This document shows positions 1-8,058 of a stretch of 64,000 bases of DNA, piece after piece. The notes beneath the pieces are model-generated. The model did no database searches and was not told the origin of the DNA. It saw only the letters and a list, made by a program, of their open reading frames with translations. Each line of letters opens with the position of its first letter. The stretch's first letter is position 1. The DNA is taken from contig JBJKZL010000004.1 in NCBI GenBank assembly GCA_045560295.1, positions 132,566 through 196,565 of the forward strand, given 5' to 3'. This stretch comes from Fidelibacterota bacterium (GTDB taxonomy: Bacteria; Fidelibacterota; Marinisomatia; Marinisomatales; Marinisomataceae). The position numbers and the translations under genes were made by a program.

Positions 1-91
1 TAGAAGATGTTAATGACCCGAATTTGAAATGTATCTTCTCTGGAGAGCCAGCGAAGCATCTTGTAGTTTTTGCAAAAGCATATTAGTTGCT

Positions 92-1138
92 ATGAAAAAC
101 CTACTATTTTATTCCTTGTTCATTTGTATGTCATATCTTTTGTTGTGGCCTGTTCCAATAAATCCAGTATCTTGGGATTCTCCTGATCCACCATCAATGA
201 CAGGCATATATGAAAAAAATGATTATTTAAAAAATATAGAAATCTTTTGGGAAAACGATGGACATTCTGGACCAGAAGACATCGCAATTCATGACGATAA
301 TTTATATGTTGGATACCATGATGGGCTTATTATGCGCTCTGATGGGGAGTTTTACAATACTAATGGCCGTCCTCTTGGAATGGTATTTGATGCTGGCAAT
401 AATCTAATCGTTGCAGATGCGATTCAAGGACTGATATCAATTAATCAAAACGGTATTGCTAGCACCCTTTCAATAAAATCTGATTCAGACGGCATTCCGC
501 TCAGTTTTGCAGATGATTTAGATATTGCAACCGATGGGAAAATTTACTTTTCTGACGCTTCAGATAAATTTGGATACGGGGAAGACCAAATTGAAGCTAT
601 GGAACATACACCAAACGGAAGATTGTTAGTCTATGACCCAAAAACTAAACTGACGACCACACTTCTCGATAAATTATATTTTGCAAATGGGGTTGCTGTA
701 GGCCCCGACGATGCTTTCGTTTTATTTAATGAAACGTTTATGTATAGAATACAAAAATATTGGCTTAAAGGACCAAAAGCCGGCACATCAGAAATCATTA
801 TGGACAACCTACCTGGTTTTCCAGATAATATCTCTTCTAATGGAAAAGGAATTTATTGGGTGGCACTTTTTACAGTAAGAAATGACTTTATTGACCAAAC
901 AGCAGATAAGCCTTTTCTTAGGAGTCTAGCCTTGAGATTACCAAAATTTTTACAGCCCAAGCCAGAATCTTATGCCTTTGCTTTGGGAATTGATGCTAAC
1001 GGCAATGTTTTACATAACCTTCAGTATGATGCTAGCGATGCCTATGCTCCCATAACAAGCGTTAAGGAGTATGATGACCATTTATATTTTGGAAGCCTCA
1101 CTCATGAAGGTTGGGGTAAAATAGAAGTTCCAAAATGA
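92..1138 (+). CDS. Strictosidine synthase-like / APMAP-like beta-propeller protein with N-terminal membrane anchor
   Basis: The internal ATG at 92 gives the hydrophobic N-terminus MKNLLFYSLFICMSYLLLWP. Motifs GPEDIA, GRPLGMVFD, DDLDIATDGKIYFSDAS, GRLLVYDP, FANGVAV and PGFPDNI are typical of the strictosidine synthase family. The ORF-track start at 29 looks like an upstream extension. Confidence 0.7.
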   Translation: MKNLLFYSLFICMSYLLLWPVPINPVSWDSPDPPSMTGIYEKNDYLKNIEIFWENDGHSGPEDIAIHDDNLYVGYHDGLIMRSDGEFYNTNGRPLGMVFDAGNNLIVADAIQGLISINQNGIASTLSIKSDSDGIPLSFADDLDIATDGKIYFSDASDKFGYGEDQIEAMEHTPNGRLLVYDPKTKLTTTLLDKLYFANGVAVGPDDAFVLFNETFMYRIQKYWLKGPKAGTSEIIMDNLPGFPDNISSNGKGIYWVALFTVRNDFIDQTADKPFLRSLALRLPKFLQPKPESYAFALGIDANGNVLHNLQYDASDAYAPITSVKEYDDHLYFGSLTHEGWGKIEVPK

Positions 1139-1815
1139 GGATTTCTACACCGGGCATTGTTTTAAAAACCAGTCTTTTTAAAGAATCAAGTATCATTGTT
1201 AGGTTATTTACATTAAAAAGAGGCAAGTCTTCTTATGTTATTAAGGCGGCCATGAGGCAGAAATCTCCTCTTAAAGCTATATATCAACAGATGAATGAGG
1301 TTGAGGTAAACTATGTTCATAACAATAAGAGGCAATTACAACCAATATATGATTCTAAAACCATTAATAGTTGGGACGGGATTAATAAAGACCTTAGAAA
1401 AACCGTACTTTGTTTATCCATGATTGAAATGATTGATAAGGGTTTTGATGAAACTACGTCCGATCAAAGCACTTATTATTTAATTAGAAATACCTTAGAG
1501 TATTTTAATAGAGTAAATAGTGGATACAATAATGCTTTTTATTTTTTCCTGATACATTTTTTAAAAAATACAGGATACAATATTATTGATGCAGAACAGC
1601 ACCCTATTATAAGGCGGTATAAAACAAAAGAACCTAACTTGACCGAACAATTAAAGGAAATATATTTCTCTGACTTTATAGATAAAAAAAGTATGAATGT
1701 AGAGTTTGACTATAATAAAAAAACCATGGCTAACTTTATATCTGACCTAATGAGATATCATTTGCCAGATATAAAATCGTTTGGTGTTGCAAAAGAAATC
1801 TTTAGAACTTCTTAA
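1135..1815 (+). CDS. recO: DNA repair protein RecO
   Basis: 226 aa. The N-terminus has the RecO OB-fold pattern (GIVLKTSLFKESSIIVRLFTLKRGKSSYVIKAAMRQKS). The start overlaps the upstream stop by 4 nt. Confidence 0.7.
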   Translation: MRISTPGIVLKTSLFKESSIIVRLFTLKRGKSSYVIKAAMRQKSPLKAIYQQMNEVEVNYVHNNKRQLQPIYDSKTINSWDGINKDLRKTVLCLSMIEMIDKGFDETTSDQSTYYLIRNTLEYFNRVNSGYNNAFYFFLIHFLKNTGYNIIDAEQHPIIRRYKTKEPNLTEQLKEIYFSDFIDKKSMNVEFDYNKKTMANFISDLMRYHLPDIKSFGVAKEIFRTS

Positions 1816-2097
1816 TTACTCTACCTTAAAAACTTTTTCTCCAGGTTTAGACATCCTGAACTTTTCCCTAGCAATTTTTTCAATATATTTTTCATCAAAT
1901 TCTAATTTTTCAGCTTCCTTTTCAAGAGCAGCAATCTGTTGACGCAATGAATTGATATCTTCCTGAATTTCAATTTTTTCTTTTTTTAAATTCCATAGCG
2001 CAATAAACCCCCTATCACTAAAAAGTAGTAACAATATGCAGCCGACAGATAAGCAGCCAAACAAGACATTAGTAAGTGATAGGCTTTTAAAATTCAT
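1816..2097 (-). CDS. ftsB: Septum formation initiator FtsB/DivIC family
   Basis: 93 aa with one N-terminal TM helix followed by a coiled coil (EIQEDINSLRQQIAALEKEAEKLE...YIEKIAREKFRMSKPGEKVF). It lies directly downstream of eno, a conserved arrangement. Confidence 0.7.
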   Translation of the reverse strand: MNFKSLSLTNVLFGCLSVGCILLLLFSDRGFIALWNLKKEKIEIQEDINSLRQQIAALEKEAEKLEFDEKYIEKIAREKFRMSKPGEKVFKVE

Positions 2098-2103
2098 AGT
2101 ATT

Positions 2104-3387
2104 TTACTTTATAAAGGAAAAGCTTTTACCAAACTTTGGATTTTTCAAGCTTTCTTCAATTCTTAGAAGTTGATTGTATTTACTTGTTCGATCTGAACGA
2201 CAAACAGAGCCAGTTTTTATCTGACCACCACCCATTGCTACTGCAAGGTCAGCAATAAAGGTGTCTTCCGTCTCTCCAGATCTGTGAGATATAATAAAAT
2301 CACAATTATTTTTTTTTGCTATATTAATAGCTTCAATTGTCTCTGAAACTGTTCCAATTTGGTTCAGTTTTATTAAAATGCTATTAATAGAATTTTGAGC
2401 AATTGCTTTCTCTAATTTAGCCGGGTTGGTTACAGTTAAGTCATCACCAACAACTTGAACTTTGTTACCCAATGCTTGATTCATTTTTGTCCATCCAGAC
2501 CAATCATTTTCATCTAAACCATCTTCTATAGATACAATAGGATATTTAGTGATAAGATTATCATAAAACTGTATCATACCATCAACATCTAAAACTTTAT
2601 TATCAATTTTTAGATGATATTCTCCTTGGTTATAAAAGCTTGATGCTGCAACATCTAAAGCTAAGTAAACATCTGTTCCAGCCCTGTAGTTTGATTTCTC
2701 TATTGCATTTAATAAAAGCTCTATGGCATGTTCATTTGATTTAAGTCTCGGAGCAAATCCACCCTCATCACCTACTGTTGTCGACAAGCCCAAATTCTTT
2801 AACTCGCCTTTGAGTGTATGAAATATTTCTGAACCCATTCTAAGCGATTCTGAAAAAGATATTGCTCCAGAAGGGAATAACATAATTTCTTGAATATCAG
2901 AACCTCTGTCAGCATGCATACCCCCATTCAAAACATTGATCATCGGTACAGGCATTTGAATGCTGTTTTTATTTAAATACATATAAAGTGGTTGTTGATA
3001 AAACTTTGCGGACGCAACAGCACATGCCATTGATATTCCCAGCATTGCGTTTGCACCATAATTGCTTTTATTAGGCGTACCATCAATTTCCATTAATAAG
3101 GCATCTATTGCTGTTTGATCATCAGATCTTTTGTCAATAAGCTCAGGTTGAAAAACATTGATTACATTTTTGATGGCAGTAGAAACTTCTTTTCCATGAA
3201 AGCGAGTATTATCTAAATCCCTTAATTCAAGCGCCTCAAATTCTCCTGTTGATGCACCTGAAGGAACAGCTGCTTTACCAATAATCCCACTCGCATGTAC
3301 CTCTACCTCTATCGTCGGATAACCCCTAGAATCTAGTATTTGTCTAGCGTGTACTTTTTCTATAATAGGATAATTATTATTTCCCAT
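2104..3387 (-). CDS. eno: Enolase (phosphopyruvate hydratase)
   Basis: 427 aa with clear full-length enolase similarity (ARQILDSRGYPTIEVEV, SGASTGEFEALELRD, IKLNQIGTVSETIEAI, SHRSGETEDTFIADLAV). Confidence 0.97.
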   Translation of the reverse strand: MGNNNYPIIEKVHARQILDSRGYPTIEVEVHASGIIGKAAVPSGASTGEFEALELRDLDNTRFHGKEVSTAIKNVINVFQPELIDKRSDDQTAIDALLMEIDGTPNKSNYGANAMLGISMACAVASAKFYQQPLYMYLNKNSIQMPVPMINVLNGGMHADRGSDIQEIMLFPSGAISFSESLRMGSEIFHTLKGELKNLGLSTTVGDEGGFAPRLKSNEHAIELLLNAIEKSNYRAGTDVYLALDVAASSFYNQGEYHLKIDNKVLDVDGMIQFYDNLITKYPIVSIEDGLDENDWSGWTKMNQALGNKVQVVGDDLTVTNPAKLEKAIAQNSINSILIKLNQIGTVSETIEAINIAKKNNCDFIISHRSGETEDTFIADLAVAMGGGQIKTGSVCRSDRTSKYNQLLRIEESLKNPKFGKSFSFIK

Positions 3388-3495
3388 ATCTTAAGTTAGT
3401 TCTTATTGCGTTTATATGACACTTTTCAATAACAATTCTAATGAATTATTGATTTATTATGTAAATAAAATTTTTTTACTTACTTAATAAAAATC

Positions 3496-3524
3496 TTGAT
3501 TCATCGGCAAAAAGCGACTATAAT
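3496..3524 (+). promoter_or_regulatory. Sigma-70-like promoter (TTGATT-N17-TATAAT) for the leader and small-protein locus
   Basis: -35 ttgatt at 3496-3501, an exact 17-nt spacer, and a consensus -10 tataat at 3519-3524. The predicted TSS is near 3531. Confidence 0.45.
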
Positions 3525-3534
3525 TATAAAAAAG

Positions 3535-3636
3535 ATGAATAAAGACAACTTTTTTAAAAGATTTAATCATATTGACATGATTAATAATGGGGGTAAAAAG
3601 TCACTCGTAAAGTGTGAAGTTTTACCTTTTTTTTAA
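3535..3636 (+). other. Candidate 33-codon leader ORF (MNKDNFFKRFNHIDMINNGGKKSLVKCEVLPFF) inside a ~105-nt leader transcript
   Basis: ATG at 3535, about 4 nt after the predicted TSS, with no SD. The stop TAA at 3634-3636 lies at the end of the terminator U-tract, so the ORF reads through both arms of the terminator hairpin. Coding status is unproven. Confidence 0.25.
3592..3634 (+). terminator. Intrinsic terminator / attenuator in the 5' leader of the small-protein genes
   Basis: ggtaaaa (3592-3598) pairs with ttttacc (3620-3626), with inner tcac/gtga pairing. A T8 run follows at 3627-3634. It lies about 20 nt upstream of the SD of the 3667 gene. Confidence 0.7.
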
Positions 3637-3666
3637 CTAGTTAATAACTAATCAAGGAGGAATAAC

Positions 3667-3873
3667 ATGGCTTCATGGGATTCAATGATAACGAGTACAT
3701 TAAGTGGTTTAACAGGTGTAGTAAAAGCTGCAGTAATCTTCTTCATATTCGCAAATATACTATATCCAACAGGAATGGACCCACTTGGTGGAATTATGAA
3801 TTTAGTTGATACATTTCTAAACGGTGGCGTAACAGGATTGCTAGTATTAGTAGTCTTTTTGTCATGGTTATAA
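3667..3873 (+). CDS. Small glycine-rich two-helix membrane protein (68 aa), paralog 1, unknown family
   Basis: Strong SD aaggagg at 3654-3660, 6 nt before the ATG. Two hydrophobic segments. About 32% ungapped identity (20/63 by hand alignment) to the product of 3960-4172. Confidence 0.75.
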   Translation: MASWDSMITSTLSGLTGVVKAAVIFFIFANILYPTGMDPLGGIMNLVDTFLNGGVTGLLVLVVFLSWL

Positions 3874-3898
3874 GATAGGCTGTATTAAACTAACAAGA

Positions 3899-3932
3899 AT
3901 AAGAGCTTCATACACTAGTATGAAGCTCTTAT
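3899..3932 (+). terminator. 14-bp perfect stem-loop between the two paralog genes (terminator or processing/stability element)
   Basis: ataagagcttcata (3899-3912) pairs with tatgaagctcttat (3919-3932) around a 6-nt loop. There is no clean U-tract after it, only ...aaattaaaag. Confidence 0.5.
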
Positions 3933-3959
3933 AAATTAAAAGTTTGGAGGACAAACATA

Positions 3960-4172
3960 ATGAAAAATGCTATGAAAATGATCAACGATACTTTAGGCCA
4001 GTTAACAGGCTTATTGACACAGGTGGTTGTTGCTGGTACTATTATTGGTATTTTGTATGATGACGTATTTGGTGTTATCGCAGGTATTGGTAATGCAGTA
4101 GCTATGATTGGTGACGGCGGCATTGCTGGCTTAGTTGCAGTAATGATTGTTGCAGGGTGGATGAAAAAATAA
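3960..4172 (+). CDS. Small glycine-rich two-helix membrane protein (70 aa), paralog 2, unknown family
   Basis: SD ggagg at 3946-3950. It shares collinear motifs with paralog 1 (MI..TL..LTG, ILY, GI.N.V, GG..GL, W near the C-terminus). Confidence 0.75.
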   Translation: MKNAMKMINDTLGQLTGLLTQVVVAGTIIGILYDDVFGVIAGIGNAVAMIGDGGIAGLVAVMIVAGWMKK

Positions 4173-4209
4173 TTTTTTTAATAAACTCTACGTTGACTTA
4201 AAATAAAAA

Positions 4210-4232
4210 GGGCTCAAATTTTGAGCCCTTTT
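4210..4232 (+). terminator. Intrinsic terminator after the small-protein locus
   Basis: gggctca (4210-4216) pairs with tgagccc (4222-4228) around a 5-nt loop, followed by tttt at 4229-4232. An A-run upstream gives it bidirectional potential. Confidence 0.7.
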
Positions 4233-4259
4233 ACGTTATATTTGTAATAATTTTATACT

Positions 4260-5429
4260 ATGAAATCAAAAATTCTTTTACGCCCTATTATATCAATTTT
4301 CTTTTTGCTATCACTCCTTATAGCAAATAATACACAAACTATTACTATTCTAGACAGTAATAACATTTTAGGTGAAGCTGATATTTTCAAGAAAGACCAA
4401 TACTATCTGTCGATCAACGACTTTGGAGAAATTATTGATAACGGTTCATTTATAAATCAAAAGACAGAAAAAATTGTTATTTACATAGACAATCTTAAAA
4501 TCAAGTTTTCATACAACATTCCATTTGTTGTAATTGATGAGAATATTTATCAAATGGAAAGCAAAGTTGTAAAAAAAGATGAAGAATATTATATGCCCAT
4601 AGATAGTTTTTTTAAGATTTTATCTATTCACGGCTCTAACAAGCATTCTATAGACTATAATAAAATGTCTATCACATTTAAAACAGAAAATAAAAAATCA
4701 AAAATACCTGTTGTGTCACCAGATTTAAAAGCGGAAAAGAATAAATGGAAGTTTAACACAATTATAATTGACCCAGGGCACGGGGGTAAAGACCCAGGAG
4801 CTATTGGATATCGAGGAACCAGAGAAAAGGATATTGCCTTAGATGTAGCCAAAAGACTTGAAAGAAAGATATCTAAAAACATGAAGGTAAAAACAATCCT
4901 AACCAGAGATGAAGATATTTTTCTAAAATTAGGAGAAAGAACAAGGTTCGCTAACGAAAACAACGGAGATCTTTTTATTAGTATTCATGCAAATGCAGCA
5001 GAAGACAGAAGAGCAAGTGGATTTGAAACATTTTTGATTGGTCCTAACAGAAATCAAGCAGCAGTAAGGGTAGCTGCCAGAGAAAACGCAGTATTAGAAC
5101 TTGAAGGTGGTGCCACTAAAAAACTAACAGATGAAGCTCTTATTACGGCGACAATTGCACAGGCAGGTTTTGCAAGCTTTAGTGAGCAGTTTGCGGCGTT
5201 AGTCCAAGAAGAAATAGGAAAGAGGATTCAAAGTAAAAATAGAGGCGTCAAACAAGCTGGTTTTTATGTATTAATGGGCGCTTCTATGCCTAATGTATTA
5301 ATTGAGCTCGGGTTTATATCAAATCCATCTGAAGAAAAAAAATTAAAAAGTCCAAAGTATAGAGATACGTTAGCAACATCTATTTATAGAGCAATAGAGA
5401 AATATGAAAAAACTTTAGACGCTAATTGA
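4260..5429 (+). CDS. N-acetylmuramoyl-L-alanine amidase (Amidase_3 family) with N-terminal signal/anchor
   Basis: C-terminal domain motifs IIIDPGHGGKDPGAIG, EKDIALDVAKRL and GDLFISIHANA. Hydrophobic N-terminus. Confidence 0.85.
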   Translation: MKSKILLRPIISIFFLLSLLIANNTQTITILDSNNILGEADIFKKDQYYLSINDFGEIIDNGSFINQKTEKIVIYIDNLKIKFSYNIPFVVIDENIYQMESKVVKKDEEYYMPIDSFFKILSIHGSNKHSIDYNKMSITFKTENKKSKIPVVSPDLKAEKNKWKFNTIIIDPGHGGKDPGAIGYRGTREKDIALDVAKRLERKISKNMKVKTILTRDEDIFLKLGERTRFANENNGDLFISIHANAAEDRRASGFETFLIGPNRNQAAVRVAARENAVLELEGGATKKLTDEALITATIAQAGFASFSEQFAALVQEEIGKRIQSKNRGVKQAGFYVLMGASMPNVLIELGFISNPSEEKKLKSPKYRDTLATSIYRAIEKYEKTLDAN

Positions 5430-5430
5430 A

Positions 5431-6675
5431 ATGATTGATCCTACCTTAGAATTTTTATATGGACTCCATAATCGTGGAATTAAACTTGGACTCAAGAATA
5501 TAAATAGTTTTTTAAAAATCTGTGGTGACCCACATAAAAAAATTAAAACAATTCATTTAGCTGGAACTAATGGCAAGGGATCTACATCATCTATTATTGC
5601 AAAAATTTTACAAAATAATGGTTATAAAGTAGGATTATATACTTCTCCACATTTAATAAATTTTAATGAAAGAATTAGAATTGATGGTATCCCTATATCT
5701 GATGAAAAGATTATAAAATTTATTGAAAGGCACAAGCAAACATTAATTGATAGCTCGATTACTTTTTTTGAGGCAACTACAGCTTTAGCGTTTGAACATT
5801 TTGCAGATCAAAAAGTAGATATTGCTATAATTGAAACAGGCTTAGGTGGAAGATTAGATTCAACTAACGTATTGACTCCTATTCAGACAATTATTACTGA
5901 AATACACTATGACCATACACACATTTTAGGCGAATCAATTGAAGAAATTACTACTGAAAAGTGCGGAATTTTTAAAGATAAAACGCCATCCATAACAGTG
6001 AATTCAGATTCTCGAGCTATAAAAACCATCAAAGAACAAGCTTTGCTAAAAAATGTTGAAGTGTCATTTATTAATAAACAAAATATTGTTGTTAAAAGTC
6101 AGCAACAAAAATCTATCAGTTTTTCCTACCAAGATCAGGAATTTACTTTACCTCAAGCAGGGTCTTATCAGGCGCAGAATGCTATAATGGCCATTAAGAC
6201 ATGTCAAAACAACTTCAATCATTTAACCAATGAAAATATTCAGCTAGCTCTCGATCAGTGGTATTGGCCTGCAAGAATGCAGATTATGAAAGACAATTTC
6301 TTCTATGATGTAGCTCACAATAGAAATGGCGTTGAAATTTTGACCAAAGATTTAAAAGAAATTTATAATAAGAAACCATTAGGAGTGGTGGTCTTAAAAA
6401 ATGATAAAATTAACCCTGAGTTGGTAGAAATGTTTTCTCAATCATTCGAGAAACTTATTATTTCAACTATTCCCTCAAAAGATATATTAAATAAAGAAGA
6501 AATAATGAAAAATCCATTGCTTAAAAACTTTGAATTTGTTGAAAACCTTAACGAAGCACTTACAGATATTAATAATATAGAGTATGCGGGTGGTAAAGTT
6601 GTTTTTGGTAGTCATTATATAGCGAAAGAGGTATATAATTTTTTTGATTTTTCCTTTGACAATGGTATCATATGA
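5431..6675 (+). CDS. folC: Folylpolyglutamate synthase / dihydrofolate synthase
   Basis: 414 aa of the Mur-ligase type with P-loop HLAGTNGKGST and ETGLGGRLDSTN. Confidence 0.85.
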   Translation: MIDPTLEFLYGLHNRGIKLGLKNINSFLKICGDPHKKIKTIHLAGTNGKGSTSSIIAKILQNNGYKVGLYTSPHLINFNERIRIDGIPISDEKIIKFIERHKQTLIDSSITFFEATTALAFEHFADQKVDIAIIETGLGGRLDSTNVLTPIQTIITEIHYDHTHILGESIEEITTEKCGIFKDKTPSITVNSDSRAIKTIKEQALLKNVEVSFINKQNIVVKSQQQKSISFSYQDQEFTLPQAGSYQAQNAIMAIKTCQNNFNHLTNENIQLALDQWYWPARMQIMKDNFFYDVAHNRNGVEILTKDLKEIYNKKPLGVVVLKNDKINPELVEMFSQSFEKLIISTIPSKDILNKEEIMKNPLLKNFEFVENLNEALTDINNIEYAGGKVVFGSHYIAKEVYNFFDFSFDNGII

Positions 6676-6738
6676 TGTAATTTGTGATTCAAGGTGTTTT
6701 CCCCCTAGAAATACATTTCACAATTAACAGAGGAACTA

Positions 6739-8058
6739 ATGAAGTTAACCGATTTAAAAGAAAAAAAATTAAGCGACTTAAAAGAAATTGCAAAAACTAT
6801 GGGAATAGAGAAAATTTCTTCTCTTTCAAAAGATGAGCTAATGCAGGCTATGGTTAGTGCTGCGCCAGCTGAAAAAAAAGAAGATGCTCCAAACCCAATC
6901 AAAGTTGAAAAAAAAGAAGCCCCAAAGAATACTCCACATCAAAATCAGTCTAGTGAAAAAAGAGCTGCAGGAGTTTTAGAAATTTTACCTGATGGATATG
7001 GATTTTTAAGAAGTGTAAATGATAATTATTTACCTGGACCAGAAGATATATATGTTAGTCCATCACAAATCAAAAGATTCAAATTAAAAACTGGTCATTT
7101 TGTTGAAGGGAGTACTAGAGCTCCAAAATCTAAAGAAAGATTCCATGCCTTATTAAAGTTAGATAAGGTAAATGATGTAGATCCAGAAAAGATTAGAAAT
7201 CAAAGATCTTTTGATAAGTATACACCCTTACATCCAAACGAAAAATTTAATTTATCTAACACTAGCGATATGTCAATGAGAATTATGGATCTAGTTTGTC
7301 CTATTGGAAAAGGTCAGCGTGGATTAATTGTTGCACAACCTAAAACCGGTAAAACGATTCTTATATCCAAAATAGCCAATGCTATTAGAAGAAATCATCC
7401 AGAAACAGTACTATTAATTTTATTGATTGATGAAAGACCTGAAGAGGTGACAGATATGAAGCGTAGTGTAGATGCAGAGGTAATAGCTTCTACTTTTGAT
7501 GAAGGGCCAGAACGACATGTACAAGTTTCAGATATGGCACTTTATAAAGCGCAAAGATTGGTGGAGTGTGGTAAAGACGTTGTCATCTTACTTGATAGTA
7601 TTACACGCTTAGGTAGAGCACATAATGCCGTCATACCTCATAGTGGTAAAATTCTTTCTGGTGGGGTTGATTCAAACGCCTTAAGAAAACCGAAGAAATT
7701 TTTTGGAGCAGCACGTAATACCGAAGAAGGCGGCAGTTTAACTATCATTGCTACAGCCTTAATTGATACTGGTAGTAAAATGGATGGTGTTATTTTTGAA
7801 GAGTTTAAAGGAACTGGTAATATGGAGTTGGTGCTAGATCGCGAATTAAGTGACAGACGAATCTACCCAGCATTTAATATCGTTAAATCAGGAACAAGAA
7901 AAGAAGAATTGCTTTTATCTGATCAGCATTTGTCTAGAATGTGGATTTTACGAAAGATGTTAGGAGAAATGAGCACTGAGCAATCTATGCAGTTTATGTC
8001 AGAAAGAATGCGAAGAACAAAAACTAACCAAGAATTTCTTGACTTAATGAGCCAGTAA
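6739..8058 (+). CDS. rho: Transcription termination factor Rho
   Basis: N-terminal Rho_N ([18 protein letters not shown]), an RNA-binding domain ([14 protein letters not shown]), Walker A AQPKTGKT, and [10 protein letters not shown]. There is a short K/E/P-rich insertion between the N-terminal helix bundle and the OB fold. Confidence 0.95.
   Translation: MKLTDLKEKKLSDLKEIAKTMGIEKISSLSKDELMQAMVSAAPAEKKEDAPNPIKVEKKEAPKNTPHQNQSSEKRAAGVLEILPDGYGFLRSVNDNYLPGPEDIYVSPSQIKRFKLKTGHFVEGSTRAPKSKERFHALLKLDKVNDVDPEKIRNQRSFDKYTPLHPNEKFNLSNTSDMSMRIMDLVCPIGKGQRGLIVAQPKTGKTILISKIANAIRRNHPETVLLILLIDERPEEVTDMKRSVDAEVIASTFDEGPERHVQVSDMALYKAQRLVECGKDVVILLDSITRLGRAHNAVIPHSGKILSGGVDSNALRKPKKFFGAARNTEEGGSLTIIATALIDTGSKMDGVIFEEFKGTGNMELVLDRELSDRRIYPAFNIVKSGTRKEELLLSDQHLSRMWILRKMLGEMSTEQSMQFMSERMRRTKTNQEFLDLMSQ

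Noticed and set aside
29-91. N-terminal extensions of ORF-track entries (29-91, 10593-10622, 38658-38726, 53018-53116, 55543-55659, 55656-55763, 58097-58114).
   Set aside because: Internal start codons give proper signal peptides, lipoboxes or conserved N-termini and remove implausible overlaps with neighbouring genes. The extensions translate to non-conserved-looking sequence.
3531-3634. Known riboswitch classes that control small membrane proteins (fluoride/crcB, guanidine-II mini-ykkC).
   Set aside because: The leader lacks the fluoride-motif conserved nucleotides and lacks paired hairpins with ACGR loops. The downstream proteins (68-70 aa, 2 TM) are also too small for CrcB or SugE/EmrE.
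3929-4123. 64-aa ORF antisense to the second small-protein gene. Many other ORF-track entries are also nested antisense in long genes, for example 4655-4963, 13066-13407, 19370-19732, 25081-25644, 42906-43355, 53439-53792, 53871-54365 and 62122-62370.
   Set aside because: All lie fully inside well-supported genes on the opposite strand. They have low-complexity or Pro/Ser/Ile-rich translations typical of shadow frames, and they lack SD sites and independent signals.
3667-4172. Reading the small-protein pair as a two-peptide bacteriocin, a VirB2/TrbC-type pilin, a phage holin or ATP synthase subunit c.
   Set aside because: There is no double-glycine leader, no immunity or ABC-export genes, and no T4SS or phage genes nearby. 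The c-subunit RQP loop and essential carboxylate pattern are absent. Similarity to VirB2 is only compositional. The pair is left as an unknown family.
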